Positions 25,814-39,050 of a stretch of DNA of 64,000 nt are shown in pieces. The number at the start of each line of letters is the position of its first letter. Position 1 is the stretch's first letter. The stretch is from Octopus vulgaris. Taxonomy: Eukaryota. Made by a program: the position numbers and the translations under genes. The stretch lies in assembly GCA_951406725.2 (NCBI GenBank), contig OX597819.1:120714001-120778000 (forward strand), given 5' to 3'. The notes under the pieces were generated by a model, which saw only the letters and a list, made by a program, of their open reading frames with translations, was not told the origin of the DNA and searched no databases.

Positions 25814-26366
25814 GAGTGAGAGAGCAGCGCATGCCATCAAAGTGACACTGGGGTAAAATATACGAAGCCCTGTATACCCATCATGACTACCCGTCTGATA
25901 AGGGTACACCAGGCACATGCATCACAACCATATGTGCGCGACATGGTGATCTCATATAAAGATAAACAGCACATGACATTGCAGGTGGGGCCAGTTAGAA
26001 ATTTCTTCTGGTCGAGTAACACATCCCATTCAAAAGGTCCCTGAATAAGGGTTGTTTAAGGATGTTGAACGAAACACCCATGTTTCCGAAGGTGTATTAT
26101 TCAAACTCCAAAGAATCCCTCTCAACACATGGCTATGATGCTCCCCCACTACTTCTGCTCGTGATCAAAGATACACATATCGTCAGCCACTAAGGGACAT
26201 GCTCGACTGGTCAAGGTCAAACAACTGACAAGCAAATCTGTGGTATTGAGCAGAATATTTGCTGTAGCCCATCTTTTATACCAAGACAAAACAATGTACA
26301 TGATAACACTTCCAATCAGTTAAGATCAGAAGCCATGAGAGCCACTGCCTGGTACTGCATCAGGGC

Positions 26367-26369
<3 letters not shown>
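25814..26369 (-). mobile_element. Element inserted in (TAA)n; probable R4/Dong-related non-autonomous retroelement
   Basis: 556 bp of unique sequence flanked on both sides by (TTA)n, splitting the host element's AAT tract. Dong/R4 elements are known to target (TAA)n. The family assignment is inference. Confidence 0.6.
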
Positions 26370-26399
<30 letters not shown>

Positions 26400-26418
26400 G
26401 ATTACTATTATTATTCAT

Positions 26419-26490
26419 GTCACAGCCTGGAATCGAACTCGGAATCTTTGGGTTAGTAGCCCGCGCTCTTAACCACTACGCCATATGCCC
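26419..26490 (-). other. tRNA-derived head with Pol III A and B boxes
   Basis: GGGCATATGGCGTAGTGGTTAAGAGCGCGGGCTACTAACCCAAAGATTCCGAGTTCGATTCCAGGCTGTGAC; A-box TGGCGTAGTGG, B-box GAGTTCGATTCC. Confidence 0.8.
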
Positions 26491-26579
26491 GTGGGCATAT
26501 GGCGTAGTGGTGAATAATAATAGTAATGGCATCGAAAAATACCTTCGGAGTGGAGAACCCAGGTTCGAAATTTCCCCAA

Positions 26580-26625
26580 GACACCTGATGAAACCTGGAG
26601 GGTATATCAGCCGAAACGTTGTATT
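26580..26625 (+). ncRNA. Hammerhead motif, second arm, stem II partly mutated
   Basis: GACAC-CTGATGA-AACCTGG...CAGCC-GAAAC-GTT-GTATT. Confidence 0.6.
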
Positions 26626-26881
26626 AACAACAAAGAAAATGAGGACAAATATCCGTCAAATATAAATAATGTACATAGAAAGTGTTTCGAGTTTCGAGTT
26701 GTTCCGTATTTACAAGATTGATGCGCTATTCATTTTGTGAAAAAATGTAAAATAGTTATACAATATTCTTATGAAGAATTAAAAAAATACATATACAAAT
26801 ATATTATTGTTAAAGAGGACAACAAACATTAAGGCAAAGCAAACATCTCAAGTCGTAAACATCATAATTATTATTGGAAAA

Positions 26882-26937
26882 GTCTTACAGTTGTTTCTGG
26901 GATATCCCAGAGTATGGGATATTCCATCATCGGAGAC
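26882..26937 (-). ncRNA. Type I hammerhead ribozyme motif (U4C core variant)
   Basis: GTCT-CCGATGA-TGGAATATCCCA(TACTC)TGGGATATCCCA-GAAAC-AACT-GTA-AGAC; stems I, II and III all pair. Confidence 0.7.
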
Positions 26938-27093
26938 AAATAGGGAAAATGAGAAGGGTATAGATTAATGCAATGACGACATAGAGGACAGGAATAAAAG
27001 AATAAGATGTTCGCGTCTTTTTTCTGGATGTTTACAATATCAGGACTTTAACTCTCATGGATTTACGCAGGGTTACGCCTAAGACTTATGGAC

Positions 27094-27252
27094 TTCAAAT
27101 TCCGCCGAGGTCGACTTTGCCTTTCATCCTTTCGGGGTCGATAAATTAAGTACCAGTTACGCACTGGGGTCGATACAATCGACTTAATCCGTTTGTCTGT
27201 CCTTGTTTGTCATCTCTGTGTTTAGCCCCTTGTGGGTAGTAAAGAAATAGGC
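27094..27252 (+). mobile_element. SINE family B, 5'-truncated
   Basis: TTCAAATTCCGCCGAGG...GTAAAGAAATAGG. Confidence 0.85.
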
Positions 27253-27799
27253 AATAACCGGGAATTCTTTTGGTGTTGAAATTTCCACGAACATTGGTAA
27301 TTTACATTTCGGAACATTTCTGCAACAGTATTTTGAACAATATTCCTATTGTAGGTTAAGAGTTTTGATAGCAATACTTACTTCGTGCTTCCAACATACG
27401 TAACCGTCTCCTTGTTTATAGTTCCATCTTACCAATATTTTCAAATTATGAAAGATGTTTCGATATCCAAAATATCCGTTTCCATAAACAATATTTTATG
27501 AATAGATACAAAGTGAACAGACTGTATACAGATGAATGATCGTCCTCCGGCGTTTCGATAATGTAAGGTGTAAGATATAATCGATGATTTCTTATCAGTC
27601 ATTGGGGAAGTAATAGCATATTATGTCACGAGGGGCCTTCCTAACAGAAAAACTGATAATCCACCGATATGACATATCTAAGGCTTTCTGATAGTCCGTC
27701 CACACTACAATCAAACACCTGTGGTTCTTAAAACTGCATTGTTAAAGCTTTTGCGAGATGAATTTCTTAATCTGCAACTGTTTAATGTATGCTTACAAC

Positions 27800-27892
<93 letters not shown>

Positions 27893-27935
27893 CCTACCTA
27901 CCATACCTACCTTCCTACATACCTACCTTACCTAC

Positions 27936-27986
<51 letters not shown>

Positions 27987-28070
27987 CCTACCTACCTACC
28001 TACCTACCTACCTACCTACCTACCTACATACCTACCTACCTACCTACCTACTTACCTATCTATCTATATA
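27800..28070. repeat. (TATC)n/(TACC)n microsatellite
   Basis: Directly visible. Confidence 0.95.
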
Positions 28071-28856
28071 TCTGTCTGCCAGTCTGTATGTCTGTCTCTC
28101 TCTGTTTGTCTGTGTCTCTTTCTCTGTTTCTTTTACTCCCTCTCTCTCTATATGTATCTAGAGAGATAGAGAGATGGTTAGATAAGTAGATAGATAAAAA
28201 TATAGATAAATAGATACATACATGCATACATACATTCATACATACATTCATACATACATAATACATACATACACGTAATGGGGAAAAAGTCAAAAGAGAG
28301 AGATGTTTTCTATATTTATATTTCTAGACAAAAAAAAAAATATGGATTTCCTTAGGGAAACGGTAGAAGACTTCTTATCTTGTGTTTTGTGTACAACTAC
28401 ATACAGAAAGAAGATAAGCAATGTTCTGCAATTTCTAGAGGAAAATCCACTGAGTTACGAAAAATAAAGAAAGAATGAAAAATATCTCCATCTTTCTGTA
28501 ATTTCTCTATAACTTTCAATATAATTCGGTGTTCACTTCATCACAATGTTGAAAGTCTTCTAGACTGCGGTGTTCCTTTTGAGAAAGCATCTCTTACAGA
28601 GGCGTAGTATTAAAAAAGACACAGACGTATATCAGTAGACGAAAATACTCCAGCAGCCGCGCTGGTATTGGGATTTCTGTTTCTTTGAGCTTCATCAGTA
28701 AGTACGTATATATCTTATTGGCAACGCATGTGAATTGAAAATTGCTCGAAAGCTGATAGTTAAATAGCAACTGAAAGGTCACTGGTGTCGTTATTATGTA
28801 AATACGATCATTGTGTATTGTGCTAGTTTTTATGGACATAATATTGTTAGTTTGAT

Positions 28857-29239
28857 GGAGGCGCAATGGCCCAGTGGTTAGGGCAGCGGAATCGCGGTCA
28901 TAGGATCGCGGTTTCGATTCCCAGACCGGGCGTTGTGAGTGTTTATTGAGCAAAAACACCTAAAAGCTCCACGAGGCTCCGACAGGTGATGGTGGTGATC
29001 CCTGCTGTACTCTTTCACCACAACTTTCTCTCACTCTTACTTCCTGTTTCTGTTGTACCTGTATTTCAAGGGGCCGGCCTTGTCACTCTCTGTGTCACGC
29101 CGAATATCCCCGAGAACTACGTTAAGTGTGCACGTGTCTGTGGAGTGCTCAGCCACTTACACGTTAATTTCACGAGCAGGCTGTTCCGTTGATTCGGATC
29201 AACCGGAACCCTCATCGTCGTAACCGACGGAGTGCTTCC
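28857..29239 (+). mobile_element. tRNA-derived SINE family C with 14-bp TSD
   Basis: Head GGAGGCGCAATGGCCCAGTGG...GTTTCGATTCCC; TSD ATTGTTAGTTT(G/A)AT at 28843 and 29240; second copy at 57144-57624. Confidence 0.9.
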
Positions 29240-29428
29240 ATTGTTAGTTTAATATTATGGCCATAATACTGAGCAGTTGGGTGGTGGCTATTACATTTAT
29301 ATTTTGTTTCGTAGAGCAGCTTGTCCCTCTTTAAATCAGGCAGTGTTTAAGTTGATAAACATTCATCGGTGTGGATGCCTACTCTTTTATATTCTTTTTT
29401 TATTGCTTCTGTTAGGTCCACTTAAACG

Positions 29429-29772
29429 TTCCACTGCGTGGCATCTTGGGCGAGTGTCTTCTGCTATAGCCCCGGGCCGACCAATGCCTTGTGAGTGGAT
29501 TTGGTAGACGGAAACTGAAAGAAGCCTGTCGTATATATATATATATATGTATGTGTGTCTGTGTTTGTTCCCCTAGCATTGCTTGACAACCGATGCTGGT
29601 GTGTTTACGTCCCCGTTACCTAGCGGTTCGGCAAAAAGAGACCGATAGAATAAGTACTGGGCTTACAAAAAGAATAAGTCCCGGGGTCGAGTTGCTCGAC
29701 TAAAGGCGATGCTCCAGCATGGCCGCAGTCAAATGACTGAAACAAGTAAAAGAGTAAAAGAGTGAAAAGAGA
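29429..29772 (+). mobile_element. SINE family A, 5'-truncated
   Basis: Starts at CCACTGCGTGGCATCTTGGG; tail intact. Confidence 0.9.
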
Positions 29773-30552
29773 GTAGATCTGTTGTAAAATGCGCTTTATA
29801 ATGCTTTAAGTGGCCGAAAGTATATTCCTGTTGTGATTTTGTGTTTGGTTGATTGTGTATCACTCTATGGGGGTTCTATGATCTCTATCATCGACTTGGA
29901 TTTTATTCCTTCCGTTTGTATATATTTTTACGGTGTGCAGCTTTGTTATATTCGTGTGGCACATTCTGAGATGCTCCTACAGTGGCTATGATAGCACATT
30001 TTCTACGTCTGCTTGTTTATGTTGCATGGTGTTCCTATAGTGTCTTACGTGTTTTAGATGTAAAGCGTTCTGTAAAAATGATTTGATTGGTTCATGGTAG
30101 GCAATCATCCTTCCAAGCTATCCTTTTCACTCTTTGCCACTTAAAGTTTACAATTCTTACGAGTTGTATTTCAATTTCTGGGATTTTGTCCCTGCTTTTA
30201 TGAATCTGCCTAGTTTCGTCATTTTTATTCGTTTACTCTCTACATCTGACACTTCTGGGAAAGATTGGAATTTTAAAAGACATAATTTACTCTACAGTCA
30301 ACTGGTGTCTTAGAACATCCAAAGTACCTTGGAATTAGAATACAAGGAGTGAAGGACCGAAGTGGTTACATGAGTTGAAGAGGCTCTTTGAAAATCTTCT
30401 ACTGTTCAGGTTTTCCCTACAGTTTAATAAGACATTAAATTTCGTGCACAAATATATATACCTTCACCCAAAACCTGTCGAGATTTCGGCCCTTCATTCT
30501 GGCATGTTTATTCATGAACCTACGTGCCTTCGTTCTGGGGTGCCTTAACCAT

Positions 30553-30848
30553 TGAAGGCGCGTGGCAAAGAGGTTAGATTATTCGGCTCGTGATCATAAG
30601 GTCGTGCGTTCGATATCTGGAAGTTTGTTGTGTCCCTGAGAAAGACATTTTATTTTACGTTGGAAAAAAATGACAAGTAACTATTCAAAAGGCCAGCTTT
30701 GTCATTCTGTGTCACACTGAATCACCCAATGACCTACATTAGGGGAATGCGTGTATATGGAGTGCTCAGCCACTTGCACGTTAATTTCACGAGTAGGCTG
30801 TTCCACTGCTTTGATGAGCTGGAGCCCGCGTCTCATCATAACAGACAA
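30553..30848 (+). mobile_element. Older tRNA-SINE with a family D-like head and a family C-like 3' half
   Basis: GAAGGCGCGTGGC head and GGAGTGCTCAGCCACTTGCACGTTAATTTCACGAG shared with family C. Confidence 0.7.
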
Positions 30849-32324
30849 TGTATCACTTTAAAACACCCCCCCCTTAACCACCGAGGAGAGTAGCAATGTA
30901 GGCTGCAGCACGAAACGCGGCACCAGGGGTGTCTCCAGAAGGCATGACTTCGATGTAGCCCAGCTTTATAACAGTGTAAGGGGCTGAAGGCCGAAACAAC
31001 TGTATGCCGAGTGGTGGTTTCTCAGAAGAAATTTTCTATTATTCAGCTCTACTGGAGCTTCTTAATACCAGTGAGGTTTCTTCACTCTATTAATAACCTT
31101 TCCCTATAAATGTGTGACCGTGCGCTAATTTGAGAAATCATCTTAACACTCTTGATATTTCACAAATTATTTCGTAGGTTTTCCAAGTTCAATTTTTTTC
31201 CCTTTCAAACTTCTTAATTCAATAACCATATCTTTTGTTGTTTCATCCACCCTGAACTAACATTTTTCTTCTTCTTTATTTGTTTACGTGTTATTTTTTT
31301 ATTATTTATTATTGTTGTGTTTTGCTTAAACTTTCATATTTTATGAATATTTAGTACCCTTTTGTCTTCATCTCATTCTTTTAATATTTCTCTCATATTT
31401 GTTTTTTTCTTTCCTTATTCTTTTCTTTCGTTCCATCAAATTCCATTCTTCAAAGTTGAACTAACACACTGTATAGGTGAGGTTATGTGTGTATACATAT
31501 ATATGTACATATTTGAATATGTATATATAAATACATATATATGTATGCCTGCGTGCATATATACATATATATATGTATTTACAAAAACAATATATATATA
31601 TATATATACACATATATATCTATATGTATGTGTGTGTATGCACAGGTGGGTGTGCGCTCGGGTATATATGCTTATGCGTATACATGCATTTACTATGTAC
31701 AACAACGCACAAACATATACATACACACACATACACACACACACACATATATATATATGTCCGTGTATGTAGAGGTGGGTGCACATAATAAATGCATACA
31801 TACACATATGTATACACACATGTATACACACCCGAGTACAAACACAAGTACACACACACACACACTCACGCACACACACACACATACACACATACATCAT
31901 ATATATGCATACACGCGACACACGCATACAAACACACACATAAAAGGCATAGCTACTGTTATTTATTTGATTGCTTGTTTGCTTGTTTGCTGTTGTTGTT
32001 GTTGTTCTTTTTTTCTGCATGCAATGATGAAATATCTCCACACCAACCAGCATCATGTATGCAGCATCATAGCCGTACATTAAAGATTAAGAACGATCGG
32101 CAAAGAAGAAACCTATTAGTGATAATGTGTATTGGTAATGAAAATAGTTAGAAAATACACATAAATTTAAAATACTTGAAAGATATCAGGACCTAGAAGG
32201 CGATGAAGGAGGGTAGATGTGATGGATACAGCTTGTATCAGTTTGTGGTGTATCTGTCTATACGAACACGTATATATGCCCGTCTGTATGCCTGAGTGTG
32301 TGTATGTATGCGTGTGCGTGTATG

Positions 32325-32377
<53 letters not shown>

Positions 32378-33106
32378 TTATATATATATAGACGTGTGAT
32401 TTATGCGTATGTACGTATGATTGTATTACGTTTCTGTGTATGTGTGTATGATGTGTGTGCATGCGTACACACACATACACAGACATACACAGACATACAC
32501 ACACACACACACGCATATATATGTTGCAATGTGTGTATACTTATTTATGTATGTATGAGTATGAATGCATATATATACATATAAATATATATATGTACGT
32601 CTATATGCGTGCGTGTGTTTGTATGTATGTATGTATGTATATATGTGTGTATGTATATATATACATATGTATGTATGTATATACATATATCTATATATGT
32701 ATGTATGTATATATATGTGTGTGTGTGTGTGTGGATATATGTATATTTACATATGCGTATTTCATTAAGAATGTTCTCTATATGTCTGTATGTGTATGAA
32801 TGCGTGGACATTTATGTGTAGACGCTGTGTGTGTCCGTACTTTTGTGTGTGTGTGGATGTCTCATTATCTGGGTGTGTACACGCCATTTTGTTGTTGGAA
32901 CACATACTACGTGTCTGTGTTTATGTGTATAAATTTATATGTTTGAGGTGTGTTTAATAGAATGTTTGCTCCTTTGTTTTTCACTGCTTATGCATGTATA
33001 TGTGTATATATATATATATGTATGTATATATATATATATATATATATATAGTTATATATATGTTTATGTCTATGTGTATATACGTATATATCTATGTGTA
33101 CGTACG

Positions 33107-33137
<31 letters not shown>

Positions 33138-33768
33138 GGGTTGGTGGTGGTGGTGGTGGGAATGGCGGTGAAAATCATTATACACCGTTGCTAATTACAA
33201 GTTTCCTATCGGGATAGTATTTAGAAATCTTTTGAAAAATCCAATCTTTGTGAAGCACAAGAGTTGAAATCTTTCCTAAAAAAAAATAATAAGATAAAAA
33301 TGAAAAATTAAACTTTAAAAAAAATTAAGGCAAACATAAACAACAAGAAAAAAATATATACACAAAAACATACACTTATACACACTTTAACAAACGCACA
33401 CTTGTTCACGCACACACACACACATTTTAATGACACAAAAACACATACATACAGACACACATGCACACAAACACACATACGTAACTAATGAAAAATAATA
33501 TTAAAAAAATATATACATATATATGACAAAAAATATTAAAGAAAATATAATTGAAAATGAAATATAATTTTAAAGAGCAAAATGAATATAGCAAAAGAAA
33601 AAAAAAGACACAAAAAATAAAATCGATAATTTAATTTATTGATTATAAAATCAAAGGGCCTCAGCAGAATTGTTCTGATAGTCAAAAACCAAATTCTCTA
33701 TCGGAAGATTTAATAAGTTTCTATCAGAGAAATATATCACAAGCGATGTGTTTGGGTTTGGCTGTTTG

Positions 33769-33800
<32 letters not shown>

Positions 33801-34080
33801 TTGTGTAATATATGGTTTGTTTTTTGTTTTTTATTATGTGTGTGTGTGATTATATATGTGTTTGTTGTTGTTGTTTTTTTGTGTTATTTTTCCTGACGTT
33901 TCTTGTTTATTTATTCTCGTTATGGGATAGAGTGATGTTATGGTCGTTGTTGTTCTTGTGATTGCTGTTGTTGTTGTTGTTGTTGTTGTCGTTGTCATGT
34001 TTGACTTTGTTTTTGTGCCATTGCTTGTGGCTTTGTTGATGTGGTTATTGTCCTCCTGGCATTGTTACACAAACAGATGA

Positions 34081-34129
<49 letters not shown>

Positions 34130-34255
34130 CATATATATATATATGTATCTATATGTATGTATATATGTATATATATATATATAACAATTGTATAACCGGG
34201 GTGAACATACACACATATATATGAAGATGAACTGAAACACAAACAAACACATATG

Positions 34256-34289
<34 letters not shown>

Positions 34290-34363
34290 CAGAAATGCGT
34301 GGGTGTGAGTATTGGCACACACGCATATGAATGTATACATTTATCTATGTACGTATGAGAGTG

Positions 34364-34397
<34 letters not shown>

Positions 34398-34937
34398 CAC
34401 ATCAATATTTATATCTATATATATATATATGATACATATACATATATATATATATATATATACACATACTTATATGTATGTATGTATGTGTATATATATA
34501 TATATATATGCCTGTACGTGTGTATGCGTGTATGTGCGTGTGTGTATCTCTGTCACAGAGTGTGCTTGTGTGTAATTAGTTGTAAGTACATTTCAGCGTA
34601 TGCGTGCATGTGTGTATGTGTGTCTCCCAATGTGAATATGAATACGTGTACCTGATAATGTATAATTATATAGCTGTGTGCTTGTATCGTGGTGTTCAAT
34701 ATCTATTAATCATTTCTCTATTTATCTATCTAACCGTTGATCAATCGATTAATCTATCTCTATTTCGGTATCTGTATCTACACGCATGCACAACTAACAT
34801 ATAATACCCAATACATTGACACACACACACATGTATATATACCCATATGCACAATTATATATGTATGTCCATATATATAAACATACATATATTTAATTAG
34901 ATATATATATGTTTATTATTATGAATATATACATACA

Positions 34938-35000
<63 letters not shown>

Positions 35001-35276
35001 TATCTATATATTATATGTATATATGTATACATGAGGTGTATACAAAAATATACAGATACAAATGTAAGCATAGTTACATGCCCTGTTATTTTTTTTTTAT
35101 TTTAATGAAATATATGTAAGTATCGATAGATCGATAGATATTTTAATAGATATTTGTGTTTGTGTGTGTGTACATTCGCACAATATAGAATTTTATTAAA
35201 TTTCGTTTATGTGTTATGTAGGTTTATGGAAAAAATCATACACCACACAAATAGACACACACACATATGTATACAA

Positions 35277-35318
<42 letters not shown>

Positions 35319-35549
35319 ATATATATACATACACATATTTATATATATGTGCATATACGCGATTGCAATCTTTTAATCAATGTATAAGCATACACAAAAT
35401 TTATAAAAACTTGTCCCCGTATGAAACAGCTACGTCAATATACATCCCCATATATACACAAATATACATGCACACATATACACGACGAGAGACAGAGAAA
35501 GAGTGAGGGAGATATATTGAGAAGATATTGTCTTATCTATGTTTATGTC

Positions 35550-35623
<74 letters not shown>

Positions 35624-35657
35624 GCATAAAACACATGATATATAAGCGTGTGTGATT

Positions 35658-35758
<101 letters not shown>

Positions 35759-36198
35759 GTATGATTAAAATAGACCGAAAGTTAGATAAAGCGGGATAAA
35801 ATTAAACCGAATGACTTGTAGATATGTTTAAATATTTATATTGTTAAAGATAGAGGAATGCTTTTTTTTTTTCAATCTCAGAGGAACGTGACAGCTCCAC
35901 ATTCAGTTACCATTATAAGACTGCAATATGGATACGCATTACTCCAGTCTTATTAGACTGCTGTTCAAACCATGATTGTCAAGTAGCGAAACCAACGTTG
36001 GATGTGTTTTTTTTTAATGCATATATATTGAAATGTAACTGCAAATAAATGAATACTCTATTTTAAAATAATTGTTGCTTGCGTAACTTGAAATCAAAAC
36101 TATGAGTCAACTTACACAAAGGTTAAAGAACATTCTAGGAATATAGGAATGACTGCTAGCATCTCCGTATCTCCGTCCGAGTCATATTCATTGAACCA

Positions 36199-36612
36199 AG
36201 GCGGCGAGCTGGCAGAAACGTTAGCACGCCGGGCAAAATTTCTTGCGGTATTTCGTCTGCTGTTACGTTCTGAGTTCAAATTCCGCCGAGATCGACTTTG
36301 CCTGTCATCCTTTCGGGGTCGATAAATTAAGCACCAGTTACGCACTGGGGGTCAATATAATCGACTTAATCCGTTCGTCTGTCCTTGTTTGTCCTCTCTG
36401 TGTTTAGCCCCTTGTGGGTAGTAAAGAAATAGGTATTACGTCTGCCGTTATGTTCTGAGTTCAAATTCCGCCGAGATCGACTTTACCATCATCTTTTCGG
36501 GGTCGATAAATTAATTACCAGTTACGCACTGGGGGTCAATATAATCGACTTAATCCGTTTGTCTGTCCTTGTTTGTCCTCTCTGTGTTTAGCCCCTTGTG
36601 GGTAGTAAAAAA
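36199..36612 (+). mobile_element. SINE family B dimer within one TSD
   Basis: TSD CATATTCATTGAAC at 36183 and 36615. Confidence 0.9.
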
Positions 36613-36889
36613 AACATATTCATTGAACAGCCTAACTGTACTTACTATTCCCGAATGACTTGTGAAAGAACAATAAGTTGACAGTAATAAGAGGATCTAT
36701 ACGTGACCATTCCAATCGCTAACATAACATCCAGTTCTTTCTCTAATCATACATTGATGTTTAAGGAAAATTTTCATAACAGTGTAGTTGTAGATATACT
36801 ATGAAAATTTATGAAACAAAATGCTATAGTGATTTGTTCATAGGTAAGAGGTTTTATAAAACAATATCATAGATTTTTTATCATAGTAC

Positions 36890-37295
36890 GAAACTTTGGC
36901 ATCCAGATTTACACAAACACTAGAACTGGGCCCCACTGCATAGTGCCAAGGACTCCAAATTTTCCATCAAGATGTAGGACAAGATACTGTGATAGCCTGG
37001 GCTTCAGAGGTCCACAGCTCTTCAATATCCCCCCGAATTACCTGAGAGACCTGCATGGGGTGGATGCGGATGTCTTTAAAATAAAGCTGGACCTCTTCCT
37101 GTCAGGTGTCCCATATGAACCAACTTCACGGCAGGAGGTGCAGATGAGGGCAGCTGCGTCAAACTCTCTCATGCACCAAATGTCAATTGCTAAAGAGTAT
37201 TCGTGAAGTAAAATTATGTAGCAACACCGAATGGCGGTGCCCCAGCATGGCCACAGCTTGTGAGCTGAAACTAGATGAAAATGAAAATGAAAGAA
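36890..37295 (+). mobile_element. CR1/L2-type LINE 3' end (ORF2 C-terminus plus 3' UTR)
   Basis: ...SLGFRGPQLFNIPPNYLRDLHGVDADVFKIKLDLFLSGVPYEPT...; tail GGCGGTGCCCCAGCATGGCC...CTGAAAC followed by (GAAAAT)n. Confidence 0.8.
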
Positions 37296-37774
37296 ATAAT
37301 GAACATAAAAGGTCTTTGACATTTCTCCATATAATTGGTTCTATTGTTGTTTCCCTCTGCCTGAGTTCCAATCGTGAAGAGCTGCTGTTATTCACGACTT
37401 TCATTTAGTAACCGTTATGTGGACATTCTATCATCTGTCAATAATCTAGAATTATGAGGTACAATTTTTTTGTCACTCATTATAAAAATCTTAAATGATT
37501 AGAAATTTTAAGACCATTGTCATAAGAGATAAAACCTTAAATTTATATATTCGATGGATCTTCTTCCTTGCTCTAAGATTAAGAATTCCCACTTCTAATC
37601 TTACCAAGGTTAATTCGAAATGGTTATCTCGCCTAAAATATCTGACCACCAGGGTACACCAGATGTTTGTATGATTGTATGTTCTCAAATCAATGTCCTC
37701 TATGTTACACACAAGCATACAAACGCAATCACACACACACACACGGAAACACACACTCGCAGGCGCTTGTCTTT

Positions 37775-37985
37775 GCAATTGTATTTGTCTCCCACCACGC
37801 CTGGACAAACAATAGCAGTTTCTTTTCATGCATGTAACCTAGTGGTTCGGCAAAAGAGATGGATAAACTAATTGTCAGACTTATGAAAGCAATGACTGGG
37901 ATCAATTTATTTGCCTAACCAATTGAATATGGTATCCCACAGTCACCACAGTACAATGACAGAAACAGGTAAACAGATGAAAGAA
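37775..37985 (+). mobile_element. SINE family A 3' part, degraded
   Basis: TAGTGGTTCGGCAAAAGAGA...GACAGAAACAGGTAAA. Confidence 0.6.
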
Positions 37986-38011
37986 TTATATATATATATA
38001 TGTATATATGT

Positions 38012-38042
<31 letters not shown>

Positions 38043-38055
38043 CATATATACAAAT

Positions 38056-38113
<58 letters not shown>

Positions 38114-38567
38114 GTATATGTATGTATAAATTGAATGGTTAAATGAATAAATGCTACAATTAGAAAAACAACTTTATAACATTTCCATATTATCATAAAT
38201 CGGATATAAATATATATTAAAACATCAGGGCACCCAATGGTAAAACCCGATAGTATACAATATACACATATATACGAATAAAAGGGGATAAAACCTAAAT
38301 GGGCAATGCGAATGAAGTCGAAGGAAGAAAAATGTGTGGATTAAGTTAATACATACATTATAGAAGCGACTAAAATTTTAAGGGAATGAAACGAAAATAT
38401 AAATATAAATATATGTATATAAAAATTAAGGGCAAGGGGATAACCAGAAAAGAGTCCGTTCAAATGCATGTCAACGATCGAATTATCTTCTTATGTGTAT
38501 ACATATATAGATATATGTATGTGTGTGTGTGTGTGTCTGTCTGCGTGTCTGTGTGTCTATGTGTGTA

Positions 38568-38755
38568 GTTGGAATTTACAGAAAAACAATAGACAAACGT
38601 AGGTCTATAAACAACAAGCAGGTGTGTCAGTTTGTCGCTCGGGAAGGTGAGAAAGTCGTTTATGATTCGAGCCTACGCTCTTCACTAGAGAGGAACACGA
38701 TGAAATAAAGAGAGAGAGAATAAAAATAAAAACTTGTGAATTTAGCGGTCAATAT
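38568..38755 (-). mobile_element. PLE-like terminal repeat with degenerate hammerhead, copy 1
   Basis: TGAA-GAGC-GTAG-GCTC-GAA motif; homologous to 39051-39230 and 41380-41562. Confidence 0.55.
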
Positions 38756-39050
38756 ATATAATTGTAATTAAGGATGCCGAAGAGGCACCACCATGCCAGA
38801 AATAGCCAGAAACTGACTCTACGACCTCAACATGTATTCATATATATATGAATACATGATATGATTCTTGAGGGTAATACACGTTCAATTGGCATATATG
38901 CACTTACCTGCGATACCTATGAGAAATAACAATAGATGTTTAAACAAATATAGATATATAAATAATTAATAACTAAATAAATAAATAAATAGAGAAATAG
39001 AGAAATAAGTAAATATATAAATATATCTGTAGAGACAGATAAAATGAATA

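Larger units (their letters stand above)
25587..26671. mobile_element. Fold-back element: tRNA-like head, (AAT)n, hammerhead, tail (candidate PLE-dependent SINE)
   Basis: Inverted arms at about 25610-25760 and 26530-26675; 19-bp perfect hairpin 26472-26511; direct repeat TACATAGAAAGT at 25575 and 26672. Confidence 0.8.

Noticed and set aside
27560-27600. Possible frameshifted RYIDDF reverse transcriptase motif
   Set aside because: Needs an indel, and no flanking RT motifs were recognisable.
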